A stretch of 64,000 bases of DNA from Sedimentisphaerales bacterium. Its GTDB lineage: Bacteria; Planctomycetota; Phycisphaerae; Sedimentisphaerales; SM23-30. The stretch is taken from assembly GCA_963663965.2 (NCBI GenBank), contig CAXXFK010000036.1, forward strand, positions 32,001 through 96,000, in the 5' to 3' direction. A model generated the notes under the pieces. That model searched no databases and was not told the origin of the DNA. It saw only the letters and a list, made by a program, of their open reading frames with translations. Both the position numbers and the translations under genes were made by a program. This document shows, piece by piece, positions 31,215 through 41,465 of the stretch. Positions within the stretch are counted from its first letter, which is position 1; every line of letters starts with the position of its first letter.

Positions 31215-32258
31215 TCAAACCATGGTATGAGCCTGGGCGATGATATTGAGCATGGCGGCGGCCTGTTTGCGGACTTCGCTATCGCTGTGAGTGACGCGGC
31301 CGTTCCATTTGCGGTATTCGCGGCTGAGATAATTTTTGATGTCGCCGGGCAGCATGTCCGGTTCGATCCCCAGGATAAAACCGGGATCAACCTGTTCCAT
31401 GCGGGTGACGGGCAGGTGGACTTCGAGGAGATTGCGGAAGCGGGAGCGGTTGATTTTAAAGCTGATAGCGAGATTATCAAGTTCGTGGAGTTCGGTCATA
31501 ACTACCTCACCACGGGTACATAATACATCCATACATTGGGTAAGAATGGCGATCAGCCGTTTGCGGGGTGACAGCCGGGTGAGTTCCCGAATCAGTTCTT
31601 TGCGGAGGTTCTGTGGCGATTTAAGGCGGGCCAGTCCTTTAAATAAAAGCGCTTTCAGATTGCCTTTGATGGTCATACCGGCCTGCAGAGCCGGCTGGTG
31701 ACCTTTGGGAACGAAGGTCCAGGCCAGAACTTCGCCAAGGTGGTCGATGTAGGGTTCGAGTTCGATTTCGTCGAGGAACCCATTTTCAGGATTGTGAATA
31801 ACAACGACAGATTGAGCCAGGGCCAGCGGGGTATTCATTTGCTCGTGATCGGCGTTGATGGAGGCGGTGACCAGGATTTTACGGTTGCCTCTACGGGCAA
31901 AATGCAGGTTATGATAATCGATATCGGCAATCGCGGTCCAATCGGACAGCGTGGCGGTACCCACGGGCAGTATGCCATTAGAAGCGGAGATGCGAACGGT
32001 TTCTTCCGATAGAGAGGGATCGTCTTTGATCCGTACGGGCAGGGGATCCCTTTGCGATTGGGTGATATCGAGCATTTCAAAGACGATGGTGGTGGCAAGA
32101 TCGGGTTGGGGACTGTAAACAGAGCCCCGGATTTCAAAAATAATTCTGCCGGAGACATCATCTTTTTCGATTCGCGGGCGAACATTCAGATCACTGCTGC
32201 TGAGCGCGGGCGAATCGGCTTCCTTTTCAATGACTGGCTGTACCAGAGTTAGATTCAT
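31215..32258 (-). CDS. TerB-like / J-domain-like co-chaperone lacking HPD
   Basis: C-terminal ILGIEPDM....IKNYLSREYRKWN.RV...D...RKQA..ML..IA has J-domain helix pattern. Preceding E..EL.NLA..FKI....F resembles TerB/DjlA. Directly downstream of Hsp70. Confidence 0.6.
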   Translation of the reverse strand: MNLTLVQPVIEKEADSPALSSSDLNVRPRIEKDDVSGRIIFEIRGSVYSPQPDLATTIVFEMLDITQSQRDPLPVRIKDDPSLSEETVRISASNGILPVGTATLSDWTAIADIDYHNLHFARRGNRKILVTASINADHEQMNTPLALAQSVVVIHNPENGFLDEIELEPYIDHLGEVLAWTFVPKGHQPALQAGMTIKGNLKALLFKGLARLKSPQNLRKELIRELTRLSPRKRLIAILTQCMDVLCTRGEVVMTELHELDNLAISFKINRSRFRNLLEVHLPVTRMEQVDPGFILGIEPDMLPGDIKNYLSREYRKWNGRVTHSDSEVRKQAAAMLNIIAQAHTMV

Positions 32259-32285
32259 AGCTTTCCCTGCATTATTCCCAAAATT

Positions 32286-33833
32286 TTACCTGGTTTCAAA
32301 GCGAGCGAGTTCTTCTGTCTGTTTCTGGATATTGTTCGCGGAGGCATCCCCATTTTCGCCCATGTTGAATTCGACATCGAGCGTTTCACCGGAATTGTAG
32401 TTCGTGAAACGGCAGTGCATACGCTGATTCAGGTCATAGCTGTAGGTGGCGCTGATGGGCGTGCCGGCAGGGGTGCCGGGCGGCAGTTTGAAAGTTTCGT
32501 TGGTGAGCACATTGACAAAGGCCGGATCGGTATCTTCACCCTGGGTAATGGTAATACGAACGTGTTCCTGATCATCAACCATGGTGTAGAAGGTCAGGGT
32601 TTCTTCGCAGGGCAGCGGGGTGTTTTTGTGCAGAATGGGAGTGTTGATCAGAATATGCTGGCCGGTTTCTTTGTCAAAGGGGGCGCTGAGTGTGCCATAA
32701 CTATGATTACAGACATCCTGTAATTTGACATCGCGGAGTCCGCCGGCAATGCCTTCGGAGACCGATTCGGGTTTTTGGCGTATGGTAGTCAGGCCCGCGT
32801 GGATCGCGGCGCCCAACGCGACGCATTCATCGACGTTCACGGAATTTTCGGGTGGGAATCCGAACATTTCTTCCAGTTTCTGGCTGACCATGGGGATCCG
32901 GGTACTCCCTCCAACGAGCAGGACACGATCGATATCTTTTTTCGTGCAACCGGCTTCGCTTAATACGGAATCGATGAGCATTTCGGTGCGGGCCAGCAGT
33001 GACGCGATCGCCTGTTCGAATTCCGGCCGGGTGATTTCGGCGCGGGCTGAGCCAGTCGGTCCGTAAAGGATTTTCTTGGCAATATCACGCCGGGACAGGG
33101 TCTTTTTGGTGTCTTCGGCCTCATCTTCGTACTTGGCAAGGTCGACATCGGAAGCGATCAGGTCTTCGTTACACTGGTCGCGATAGTTGTTTTTGAAAAT
33201 TTCGAGGATGCTGCGATCGAAATCGATACCTCCCAACGCGTGATCGCCCTGAGAGCAGAGGATTTCCATATCACGCCCGTTGATATCCATCAGGGTGACA
33301 TCAAAGGTACCGCCGCCGAGGTCATAAACCAGGACCCGGCCGGAGACATCCTGTTTGGTGGCATAATAGAGCGCGGCCGCCACCGGTTCGTTGACAATAC
33401 TGATGACGTTGAGACCGGCCAGGGCGCCCGCGTCCATGGTGGCTTTGCGGCGGATTTCATCGAAATGAGCCGGGACCGAAATTGCGACATTGTCAATCGA
33501 TCCCACCTGAGCGGCGGCATCCTGGGCGAGTTTGCGTAAAATCAAGCTGGACAGTTCGACGGGAGTCCATTCCCGGCCGTCGATTTTAACTTTATAATCG
33601 GTACCGATATGGCGTTTGATCCAGCGAACGGCCCGTTCGGGATTGAGCAGTCGTGAATTAACCGCTTCGACGCCCACCTGCACCACAGATGGATTTTCTT
33701 CATCGAAATAGAGCGCGGAAGGCGTAATGCGTTCCCCCTCGCTATTGGGGATGATTTCGGGGCGTCCAATTCCATTAAGAATTGCGATCGCGGAAAAGGT
33801 GGTACCTAAATCAATACCTGTTATTGTAGCCAT
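32286..33833 (-). CDS. Hsp70-family chaperone, DnaK-like, lacking the alpha-helical lid
   Basis: GIDLGTTFS, GERITPS, VPAHF, NEPVAAA, YDLGGGTFD, LGGIDFD, LLVGGSTRIP, VALGAA; only ~515 aa. RBS GGAG upstream of ATG 33833. Confidence 0.92.
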   Translation of the reverse strand: MATITGIDLGTTFSAIAILNGIGRPEIIPNSEGERITPSALYFDEENPSVVQVGVEAVNSRLLNPERAVRWIKRHIGTDYKVKIDGREWTPVELSSLILRKLAQDAAAQVGSIDNVAISVPAHFDEIRRKATMDAGALAGLNVISIVNEPVAAALYYATKQDVSGRVLVYDLGGGTFDVTLMDINGRDMEILCSQGDHALGGIDFDRSILEIFKNNYRDQCNEDLIASDVDLAKYEDEAEDTKKTLSRRDIAKKILYGPTGSARAEITRPEFEQAIASLLARTEMLIDSVLSEAGCTKKDIDRVLLVGGSTRIPMVSQKLEEMFGFPPENSVNVDECVALGAAIHAGLTTIRQKPESVSEGIAGGLRDVKLQDVCNHSYGTLSAPFDKETGQHILINTPILHKNTPLPCEETLTFYTMVDDQEHVRITITQGEDTDPAFVNVLTNETFKLPPGTPAGTPISATYSYDLNQRMHCRFTNYNSGETLDVEFNMGENGDASANNIQKQTEELARFETR

Positions 33834-33890
33834 GGTCCAAGTCTCCAATATATTGGATGCATTCGTATTACAAGCGAAGTTGTCTCAAGT

Positions 33891-35285
33891 TTATCCGGCC
33901 GCTACGGCGCATTGCGCCTGGTATAGCATCACTTGCGCGGTCCGTACAATTTTGGGTTGTTGCGAGTCGACGACATAGCGGTATCCGGGGCGGATGACCG
34001 CGGCGATGGCGCCGTCACGTTTGGGATCGGCGCATAATTTTCTCTGTTTAACGACTTCCATACATTTTTCCTGCCCTTTATACTGGGAATCCAGGTCCGG
34101 ACGATATTGTTCAATGCTGGAGGATTCCAGCGCGAATACCAATTCATCATAGGCATTTTGCAGCGACGTGACATCTTCGCCAGCCATTTCCAGTTTTTCG
34201 ATCTGGGTTTCGAGGTTGTCGATGCAGCGGATGATCCTCAGGCAGAAGTTTTTCAGAATGTTCCAGTCATAGCCATCCTGATATTTTTCGATTCTGGATT
34301 GCTGGCTGGAAGCGTATTCGCGCAGGGCCGTTAATTCTTCGGTCAGTTTGCCCAGGTCGCTGGGTTCCGGTTCGGATTTGATTTCGGCGGAAACGGCGAT
34401 ATTTTTTTGATTTTGAAGCTGAGGCGGTCCAAAAGCCGAGGGTGGCGTATTGTCCGTCAGCGGTTTTGCCGCCGTTTTAACCATATCCAAATCGTTTTGG
34501 CGATCTTTGGGAATTTCCGAAACGGTGTGATTCCAATTGGCCTTGTTCAAACGCGCCGCAGCAGGCGGGCTCTGGCTCCAGAATTCAGTGGTATTATATT
34601 GTAACTGGCGTCTCTGGGAGATACGATCAGAAACGGATGAGTCGTCTTCAGAAATTTTGGCAGCCGGTTCCGGTTGCGAGTTGACCGGAGCGGTTGCCGC
34701 GCTCTGTGAGGCCGGCTGGGAAGAACTGGCTCGTTCTTCGGAAGCGGTCTCTTTCTGAGCGTTTTGATGCTGAATGACGGAAGAGGCAAACGGATTTTTT
34801 TTGCCAACTTTCGATACGATACTGACCAGCAGCCACAGGATCGATATGATAAAAGCCAGACTACTCACAATCGTGCCCAGTAAAGCATATTGCATCCACT
34901 GGTGTCTGGATTGCATATCGGCGATTTTATCGTTGGCAACGGTTTTCCAGTTGGCGCCGTACAGTTCACGGGCGTAGGGCCCCGGTTCAAATTTTCCGGC
35001 GGCTATGCTTTCCAGGCTGGCCAGCAAGTGCACCCGCTGATATTCCGACTTTTTATCCATAGGCGCTTCGCCATAGGGTTTGCGTCCCCAGGGGGATTGG
35101 AACTGCTGATCCAGGGGAAGGGCTGACCATTCGCGATATTGCTGCCAATAGGGATCTTGAGATGTTTTGAATTCCTGACGACATTCGAGGATCTCAGCCA
35201 GTGAGTGTTGATAATTTGAAGACGCGACGTAGTATAGCGCGCCGCATCCGCAGGTGATTATCAAGAGGATGGTTCGTATAATCAT
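33891..35285 (-). CDS. Membrane-anchored GrpE-like nucleotide exchange factor
   Basis: Two TM segments flanking an extracytoplasmic region, a low-complexity linker, then coiled coil, IDNLE and terminal G.IA.VIRPGY.......VRTAQV (GrpE beta domain). Confidence 0.78.
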   Translation of the reverse strand: MIIRTILLIITCGCGALYYVASSNYQHSLAEILECRQEFKTSQDPYWQQYREWSALPLDQQFQSPWGRKPYGEAPMDKKSEYQRVHLLASLESIAAGKFEPGPYARELYGANWKTVANDKIADMQSRHQWMQYALLGTIVSSLAFIISILWLLVSIVSKVGKKNPFASSVIQHQNAQKETASEERASSSQPASQSAATAPVNSQPEPAAKISEDDSSVSDRISQRRQLQYNTTEFWSQSPPAAARLNKANWNHTVSEIPKDRQNDLDMVKTAAKPLTDNTPPSAFGPPQLQNQKNIAVSAEIKSEPEPSDLGKLTEELTALREYASSQQSRIEKYQDGYDWNILKNFCLRIIRCIDNLETQIEKLEMAGEDVTSLQNAYDELVFALESSSIEQYRPDLDSQYKGQEKCMEVVKQRKLCADPKRDGAIAAVIRPGYRYVVDSQQPKIVRTAQVMLYQAQCAVAAG

Positions 35286-35339
35286 ACTGGGGCCCTCATT
35301 TCAAGTCGATTGATTTTGGGGATTCGTATCAATCATAAG

Positions 35340-36431
35340 TTATCGGGTTTCACCCAATTCGGGTATTTTATTAAGACTCAGGCCGAAAGCCAGGGACCAT
35401 TCGTAATTGCCGGATTCATTGGTGATGTCGCTATGGGGACCGACGAGAGTTTCCGGCTGGACCTGACTGATCGAGTCGGCCAGTTGGGCGGGAAGTTCGA
35501 GCGCCTGGGCCAGTGACTGACAGAAACCGGTCTGACAGGCCAGGCCGCCTAAAAAGATCAGGCTGTTTAAAGGCTGATGCGGGAATAACATATCGTGATA
35601 CCAGATGCAATGTTGAATTTCGTCCCGCAAATTGCAGTATATTGCTTTCAAATGGGTATTTTGTTTTTTCAGGGTCGCCGTGGCGGTGTTGCCGCCAGAT
35701 GCCTGGGCGTTGCTTTCGGACGCTCCTTCGTCATGGTCGTGATGGGCGGCCTGACAAATTTGTTCAGCGCCAATGGCGATATTGCGGGAGAATGAGAGTT
35801 TGTCGCCATGCAGGCCGAGGATGCGGGTACCGCCAAAACCCAGGTCAATGATGAAGTAAGCAGAATCCTTAAGATGGGATTTTTGAATCAGGGGGGCAAA
35901 CCCGCTGATCAGACCGCAGGGTTCGATGTTAATTTTGTCCGCCTCGAGTTTGCACTTATCCAGAATCCCCATGTAATACTCGAAGGATTTTTTGGGGACT
36001 GCCATCATGATAACTTCTTTGCGTGTTTCATTTTCTTCATAGATGTCACCCACCACGGTATGACGGATAATTCCGTGTTGCGGGTTAAAAGGCAGCCGAT
36101 TGGCCGCTTCCAGCTCAATTTTTTCTGCGATCTGGGCCTGGGGGCAGTTGAGCCGGATATGATCAATAAAAACCTCTCGAGATGGCAGCGCCAGACAGAC
36201 TTTGCGGCCTTTGAACGGTTTGACCGTCATGAATTCGCGGATGGTTTCAATAAACCATTTCTGGCGAGTCATCTTATTGGGCCGCAGATCGGCGGGAACT
36301 TCGGCCCGGGCAGCCGCCACCAGAGACAGCTTGTCCTGGTTTCTGGCGAGTTGAACCATTTTAAGGCTGTCGGATCCCATATCGATGCCAATGGGAAGAA
36401 CGGTTTTGTTGTTATTGAAAATATTGAACAT
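35340..36431 (-). CDS. pilM: Second PilM paralogue (orphan from pilN/pilO)
   Basis: PIGIDMGSDSLKMVQL, PFKGRKV, IDLGFGGT, FLGG, AFGLSL; collinear similarity to 11011-12129. Confidence 0.82.
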   Translation of the reverse strand: MFNIFNNNKTVLPIGIDMGSDSLKMVQLARNQDKLSLVAAARAEVPADLRPNKMTRQKWFIETIREFMTVKPFKGRKVCLALPSREVFIDHIRLNCPQAQIAEKIELEAANRLPFNPQHGIIRHTVVGDIYEENETRKEVIMMAVPKKSFEYYMGILDKCKLEADKINIEPCGLISGFAPLIQKSHLKDSAYFIIDLGFGGTRILGLHGDKLSFSRNIAIGAEQICQAAHHDHDEGASESNAQASGGNTATATLKKQNTHLKAIYCNLRDEIQHCIWYHDMLFPHQPLNSLIFLGGLACQTGFCQSLAQALELPAQLADSISQVQPETLVGPHSDITNESGNYEWSLAFGLSLNKIPELGETR

Positions 36432-36921
36432 TTCTAATTCAGAGACCGGTATCGCTCCGGTTCCTCTGCCGCAGGGTCAAAATAATTGGTTAGCTTTTGC
36501 AATATATGTTACAGAGGATGGGGAGGCAAACCTGATAGCTGGTATCTGGAAGGTTTTTCTATCTTTTTTATTTTGTGGGTCTTATGTATAGCTTAAAGTC
36601 GGATGATTTGTTACTATTCATATAAAGATGATTATTTGGAGAATGCTTAAATTTAGTAAAATCGTTATAATCAGAAACATTCAGAAAATTTGTACCATCC
36701 TATTTGCGGTATAATGGCCAGGAGGTTGTATTTGCGATGTGATTTATTTAAGTAACTATCCCATGTCATGTCATTGAAAAAACCATAAAATTAAACCGAA
36801 ACAAGAGTTTTGAATTTACATACGGATTGAACGGTCATAAGATATCGGTCATTGTATTGTGATAGATCCCAAACAAATTGATTATTTTTTGGTTATCATA
36901 TATCCATGAGAAAGGGCTGAT

Positions 36922-37710
36922 ATGTATCGCAGTCATTATATCAAAGCGGGTTTAGTGGGATTATTGATCATGGGAATGATCGGATCCTGTCGTCGCGAAG
37001 ACGGAGGAAAAGAATCCAATGTGGATAATGTTGGCAACGAAAAAAAAGAGGTCAGGCAGAAAGAAGCAGTGATTGCCGTAGTACTGGGGCGGGAAATCGG
37101 GGTAGATGAAGCGGAACAATTAAACAGTATAATTGTCAAAGCGCTATTTGAGCAATTTGCCGTTGATCATAAGATTGAACCGACAGAAGAAGAGATGGAA
37201 TGTCTGACACGCAGAACAGAAGCGATTCAGCAGCAACGGATGGATGAGATGGCAGTAGAGTGTGAGTCTTTGAGAGAATCAATTAAAAATGAGGATCTGA
37301 TTGAGGAAGAACGGGCAAAACAGGAGGAGAAACTTGAAAACCTGGAAAAAGCTCTGGCAAGCATGCAAGAGACCCGGAATGAAATCGGGGCATTGGACGA
37401 TGCGCATCAGCGAAAGATAAAAATGGGAGTCGCACACCATCTGGTTAAGAGCTGGAAGATCAACGCGGCATTGTACGCCCGGTATGGCGGACGGGCGATT
37501 TTTCAGCAGTTTGGGCCGGAACCGCTGGACGCCTATCGCGATTACCTGAAAGAACAGGAAAAAGCGGGCGCGTTCGAAATTATCGACAAACAATATGAGC
37601 CGGCATTCTGGAAATATTATACCGATGAATCGATGCATGTTTTTTATCCGGGTGAAGATGCGGATCAGGTGATCAATACCCCGTGGTGGATGATGGAGGA
37701 GAGCCAGTGA
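36922..37710 (+). CDS. Putative lipoprotein with coiled coil, function unknown
   Basis: Lipobox-like MIGS-C after a hydrophobic stretch; heptad-rich middle; YGGRAIFQQFGPEP.DAY segment. Confidence 0.6.
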   Translation: MYRSHYIKAGLVGLLIMGMIGSCRREDGGKESNVDNVGNEKKEVRQKEAVIAVVLGREIGVDEAEQLNSIIVKALFEQFAVDHKIEPTEEEMECLTRRTEAIQQQRMDEMAVECESLRESIKNEDLIEEERAKQEEKLENLEKALASMQETRNEIGALDDAHQRKIKMGVAHHLVKSWKINAALYARYGGRAIFQQFGPEPLDAYRDYLKEQEKAGAFEIIDKQYEPAFWKYYTDESMHVFYPGEDADQVINTPWWMMEESQ

Positions 37711-37959
37711 CAGGTTTTTCGTGTCGCATTCATGTCTGGATGGTTGATCCCTGTGGTAACCAGCGGTATTACATACTGAGTCTGATTCATTGCCCTGATC
37801 ATTTTTACTCTTGAATTCATGGCATCTGAACGAGTATAATACAACCAGAGTCCGGTTGATTAAGTAGCCGGGTTATCTTTTCTCAAGCGATCTGATCCAA
37901 TCGATAGTTGGCTAAATGAATTATTGAATCGATAACTCTATTTGTTTTGGAGGTTAATC

Positions 37960-39846
37960 ATGGCTGAGCAGGAAACGCAGGTGACTGGTGAAGTGAAGGG
38001 GCAAGAAGGGCGTGATGATCGGGAACGATTTACTAAACTGGGATTTTTAAAAACATACCTTATGCCAGTCTTGATGATTTTTCTGATTCCCGGTTTTTCA
38101 TGGTGGTTTTTTAATTATGTGCAAAGCGATTATGATCAGGAAGCGCTGGAATCCATCAAGGCGAGTTTGTATAACGAGCCCAATATGCCTGAAGAAAAAC
38201 GGGCAGCTGTGCTTGTGTTTCATGAAAAAATGCCCCTGTCAAAGATTTTGAGTATTAACGATCCTGTTCTGGATGACTTTAAGAGCGGGATTAATGACAG
38301 TGTCAAACGGGATTATTTTATGTTTCACTGGTTAATTATCCTATCCGAAATATGTTTGTACTCGGGGGCAGGAGTTTTTGCGATAGCCATTATCGCCGTG
38401 CTATTATCCTTTAAATCCCAGCAGATTCAATACCTGAGTCTATCAACCGGTTGGCATGTCCTCAGGTTTTTTTCTGTTCTGCAAGTTGTGGGGCAAGGAT
38501 GTCTGGCGCTGGCATTATCATTCTGGATAACCGCATTCTGGTTTAATATGTATGTGCCAAAAATTATAATCATTGTCGGGATTTTTGCTTTGTGTGCCAT
38601 TGGTTTGATCATTAAGGCCATATTTAAAAAACTGGATAATGACTTTATCATTAAGGGAGTTTTATTGGATGATCGTCGGGCAGAACCCCTCTGGCGTCAT
38701 ATCGGGAGATTGGCCGACAAGTTGGGAACTGAAAGACCTCAGCAGATCATCGCGGGAATCGATGACAATTTTTTTGTAACAGAGCAACCCGTTACTGTTG
38801 AGGGCAGGCAGTATTTTGGCAAGACACTCTATTTGAGCCTGCCGTTGATCAAACATATGAAGAAAACTGAGGCCGATGCTGTCTTAGCCCATGAATTGGC
38901 ACATTTCAGCGGCCGGGATACCCTGTATTCCAAAAAAATTTCACCACTATTGGGACGGTATCATTATTATCTGGTTGCTTTGTATGAGGGGGGAATCACC
39001 CGGCCAGTGTTCTCATTTATGTTGTTTTTCCGGAGTTTGTATCAACTTTCGATCAGTCAGTTAAGCCGGTCGAGGGAGTATCGGGCTGACATGTTAGCCG
39101 CCGAGTCGACATCGCCGCTGGATCTGGCACATGCCCTGATAAAAGTTTCCGCCTATTCAAATTATCGAGACAAGGTTGAACGGGGCTTGTTTGAAAAGGA
39201 GCATGTCCAGCATTCATTGGGTATTCGAGAATTGATCGCCAAAGGGTTTGAGAGTTTTGTCAGAACAGAGATATCCGATTCGGAGATCAATAGCACTAAA
39301 ATCGTGCATCCATTTGATTCTCATCCACCCATCGCTCAACGGATTCAGGCGATTGGCGTTGAAAGTACATCGAATTATTGCGAGGAAATACTGCTCAAGC
39401 CTGTTGATGATAGCTGGTTTAATGAAATTGAAAATGCCGAAGAATTAGAAAATCTTCAATGGGCAGAATACGAAGAGGCGTTTTCGGAATATCATGAACA
39501 AGCACTGTGTTATCGGTTCCTGCCGACGACTGAAGCCGAAAAAGAGATCGTCACTAAGCATTTTCCTGAGGTCATCATCCAAACGAAGAAAGATGAACAG
39601 CTAGTGATTAATTATGAGTCCATTCATTTAACGAGTTGGGATAGTCCGGTTTTATACGGATCGATAAAGAATTGCACCAAAGACAACAATTATCTGGATA
39701 TTGGCTGTACGGGTGGATTAAAACGGATCAAGTTAAGCGATTTAAAAGGCTCGCAAGAGGAAGTTCTGCATATGTTTGAAATGTATTATGGTCGATATCT
39801 GCAAGCCAGGTCTTATCAGGAAAATAAGCAGAAAAATCACGAATAA
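37960..39846 (+). CDS. M48 family (HtpX/Ste24-like) membrane zinc metalloprotease
   Basis: Several TMs, AVLAHELAH, REYRAD, SHP...RI. RBS GGAGG before ATG 37960. Confidence 0.88.
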   Translation: MAEQETQVTGEVKGQEGRDDRERFTKLGFLKTYLMPVLMIFLIPGFSWWFFNYVQSDYDQEALESIKASLYNEPNMPEEKRAAVLVFHEKMPLSKILSINDPVLDDFKSGINDSVKRDYFMFHWLIILSEICLYSGAGVFAIAIIAVLLSFKSQQIQYLSLSTGWHVLRFFSVLQVVGQGCLALALSFWITAFWFNMYVPKIIIIVGIFALCAIGLIIKAIFKKLDNDFIIKGVLLDDRRAEPLWRHIGRLADKLGTERPQQIIAGIDDNFFVTEQPVTVEGRQYFGKTLYLSLPLIKHMKKTEADAVLAHELAHFSGRDTLYSKKISPLLGRYHYYLVALYEGGITRPVFSFMLFFRSLYQLSISQLSRSREYRADMLAAESTSPLDLAHALIKVSAYSNYRDKVERGLFEKEHVQHSLGIRELIAKGFESFVRTEISDSEINSTKIVHPFDSHPPIAQRIQAIGVESTSNYCEEILLKPVDDSWFNEIENAEELENLQWAEYEEAFSEYHEQALCYRFLPTTEAEKEIVTKHFPEVIIQTKKDEQLVINYESIHLTSWDSPVLYGSIKNCTKDNNYLDIGCTGGLKRIKLSDLKGSQEEVLHMFEMYYGRYLQARSYQENKQKNHE

Positions 39847-39863
39847 TATTTGAAAAGGTTATT

Positions 39864-40154
39864 ATGGGTGATTTGAAGAGTAAAAAGTTGATCATATTAA
39901 AGGGGATTTTATTCCTGGGTATTGGTTTACTTAGTGGGGGGTATATTCTGGTGATCAGTCCGGATATCCGGGTATTGGCGCTGTTGGGCGTGTGTATCTG
40001 GGCGTTTTGCCGGTTCTATTATTTTTTATTTTATGTGCTGGAGAAGTATGTCGGGATAGAAGGGAAATATGCCGGGATTGGGGATCTGGTCAGAAGGTTG
40101 ATAAGGAAGAAGCGGGAAGATAACTGCGATAGCGATCCGGTGAATGATCATTAA
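39864..40154 (+). CDS. Small membrane protein
   Basis: 96 aa with two hydrophobic helices and WAFCRFYYF.FYV.EKYV motif; follows the M48 gene by 17 bp. Confidence 0.65.
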   Translation: MGDLKSKKLIILKGILFLGIGLLSGGYILVISPDIRVLALLGVCIWAFCRFYYFLFYVLEKYVGIEGKYAGIGDLVRRLIRKKREDNCDSDPVNDH

Positions 40155-40490
40155 AGCAAATGTATCACAGGCGTTTATGATATTCAAAAGCTTGCATATA
40201 ATCGTATCTAGTATATTCCCCGGAAATATATGGTTTTGTTTCCTGCTTTGCCCAGCTTAACAGTGGCTGAGATTAAAGATGTTTCATATTGGTCCAATAT
40301 AAGTGTTTTCTCTTGACATTTATTTGTGTCTGGTCTTTAATTAGTTATTGTAAAAGGTTAGGAGGTTTATCTGAAAAGGTTCTTACTAAACAAGTATATA
40401 TAACATATTGGATTTGTTAGAGAGAGGTGAAAGTTAAATTTAGCGTATTCAGGTTTGTGATCAATAATTAATTTGAAGGAGAATGTTGTT

Positions 40491-41195
40491 ATGAAGAATG
40501 TAGTTTTTGCTTTTGTGATTGTTGTGCTTGTTTTATCGGGCACTTCCGTATTAATGGCCGGAATGACTACGATCAATGGAAATGTTTTTGATCTGGATCA
40601 GTTTAACGGGGCTACTGTGACTTATCGGGTAGGCGGTTCCGTTGATTTCGATGGTAAGCTATGGGATAATGCGGTAGGGGTAGATTTATACACGCTGGGT
40701 GAACTGGCATCCGGGCAGTATGGCAGTGATCCGGGTGATCAGGTTACATTACAAGATCGAACAAATCCGGATTGGTTGCAGCTTAACTATGCGAATCCAT
40801 TATTGATCAGCGCTTCTCAGCATAGACTGGTCATTTATGAAATCACCAGCGCGACCAGTGGAGTCGATACGGAGGGACTCAGTTTCAATATTTCGTTAAA
40901 CGGTGGTTCTTTGATTGGGGCGGGCAGCAGCGTTGCGACTTTTTATGCCCATCCGGGAGTTGAGGCAACGAACCAGTTGGTATTTGATCTATATGATTTT
41001 GGTTTTTCGAATGGCGATTTGTTAAGTACATTGTATATTGAAAACACCGACTCTGGGTCAGGGACTTCTGATCCAGATTTTATTTTTGCCGGGATGGCCA
41101 CCGATGCTGCGGCGGTTCCAGTGCCATCTGCATTTTTGCTGGGTAGTATCGGCGTCAGCTTTATCGGCTATCTCAGGAAACGTGAAAGAAATTGA
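40491..41195 (+). CDS. PEP-CTERM-type (exosortase-sorted) surface protein
   Basis: Signal peptide and C-terminal VPVPSAFLLGSIGVSFIGYLRKR (motif, TM, basic tail). RBS AAGGAG. Confidence 0.8.
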   Translation: MKNVVFAFVIVVLVLSGTSVLMAGMTTINGNVFDLDQFNGATVTYRVGGSVDFDGKLWDNAVGVDLYTLGELASGQYGSDPGDQVTLQDRTNPDWLQLNYANPLLISASQHRLVIYEITSATSGVDTEGLSFNISLNGGSLIGAGSSVATFYAHPGVEATNQLVFDLYDFGFSNGDLLSTLYIENTDSGSGTSDPDFIFAGMATDAAAVPVPSAFLLGSIGVSFIGYLRKRERN

Positions 41196-41231
41196 GTCGA
41201 TTGAAGCGATAAGCAAATGTAAAGGTAAAAA

Positions 41232-41270
41232 AACGGGAGAACGTGTTCAGGCGTTCTCCCGTTAGTTTTT
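41232..41270. terminator. Intrinsic terminator (likely bidirectional)
   Basis: 12-bp stem AACGGGAGAACG/CGTTCTCCCGTT with A-run before and T-run after; lies between convergent genes. Confidence 0.8.
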
Positions 41271-41279
41271 GCTAGCTAA

Positions 41280-41458
41280 GGGACCGTCAATAAATAAATA
41301 CTGCATTTTTCATCCCATCTTGCCGCCATCTTCAGCCGCTTCTCAATCGCAAAATCCTCGACATAGAACAGCTATGCCTGCGGTTTTGCTCAATCGGCGC
41401 GACTGAATCTGATGACAAGCTGGGCGATAAATTGCAGCATTTATTTATTTACAGCCCC
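41280..41458. mobile_element. MITE-like fold-back element (179 bp) with TAA target-site duplication
   Basis: 26-bp imperfect TIRs GGGACCGTCAATAAATAAATACTGCA / TGCAGCATTTATTTATTTACAGCCCC, flanked by TAA on both sides (41277-79, 41459-61). Internal arms pair to an apical CATAG-AACAG-CTATG. Confidence 0.8.
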
Positions 41459-41465
41459 TAACGAA

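Noticed and set aside
32286..33833. Housekeeping dnaK
   Set aside because: Too short, lacks the lid and the canonical VLLLDV linker, and is not flanked by hrcA or canonical dnaJ/grpE.
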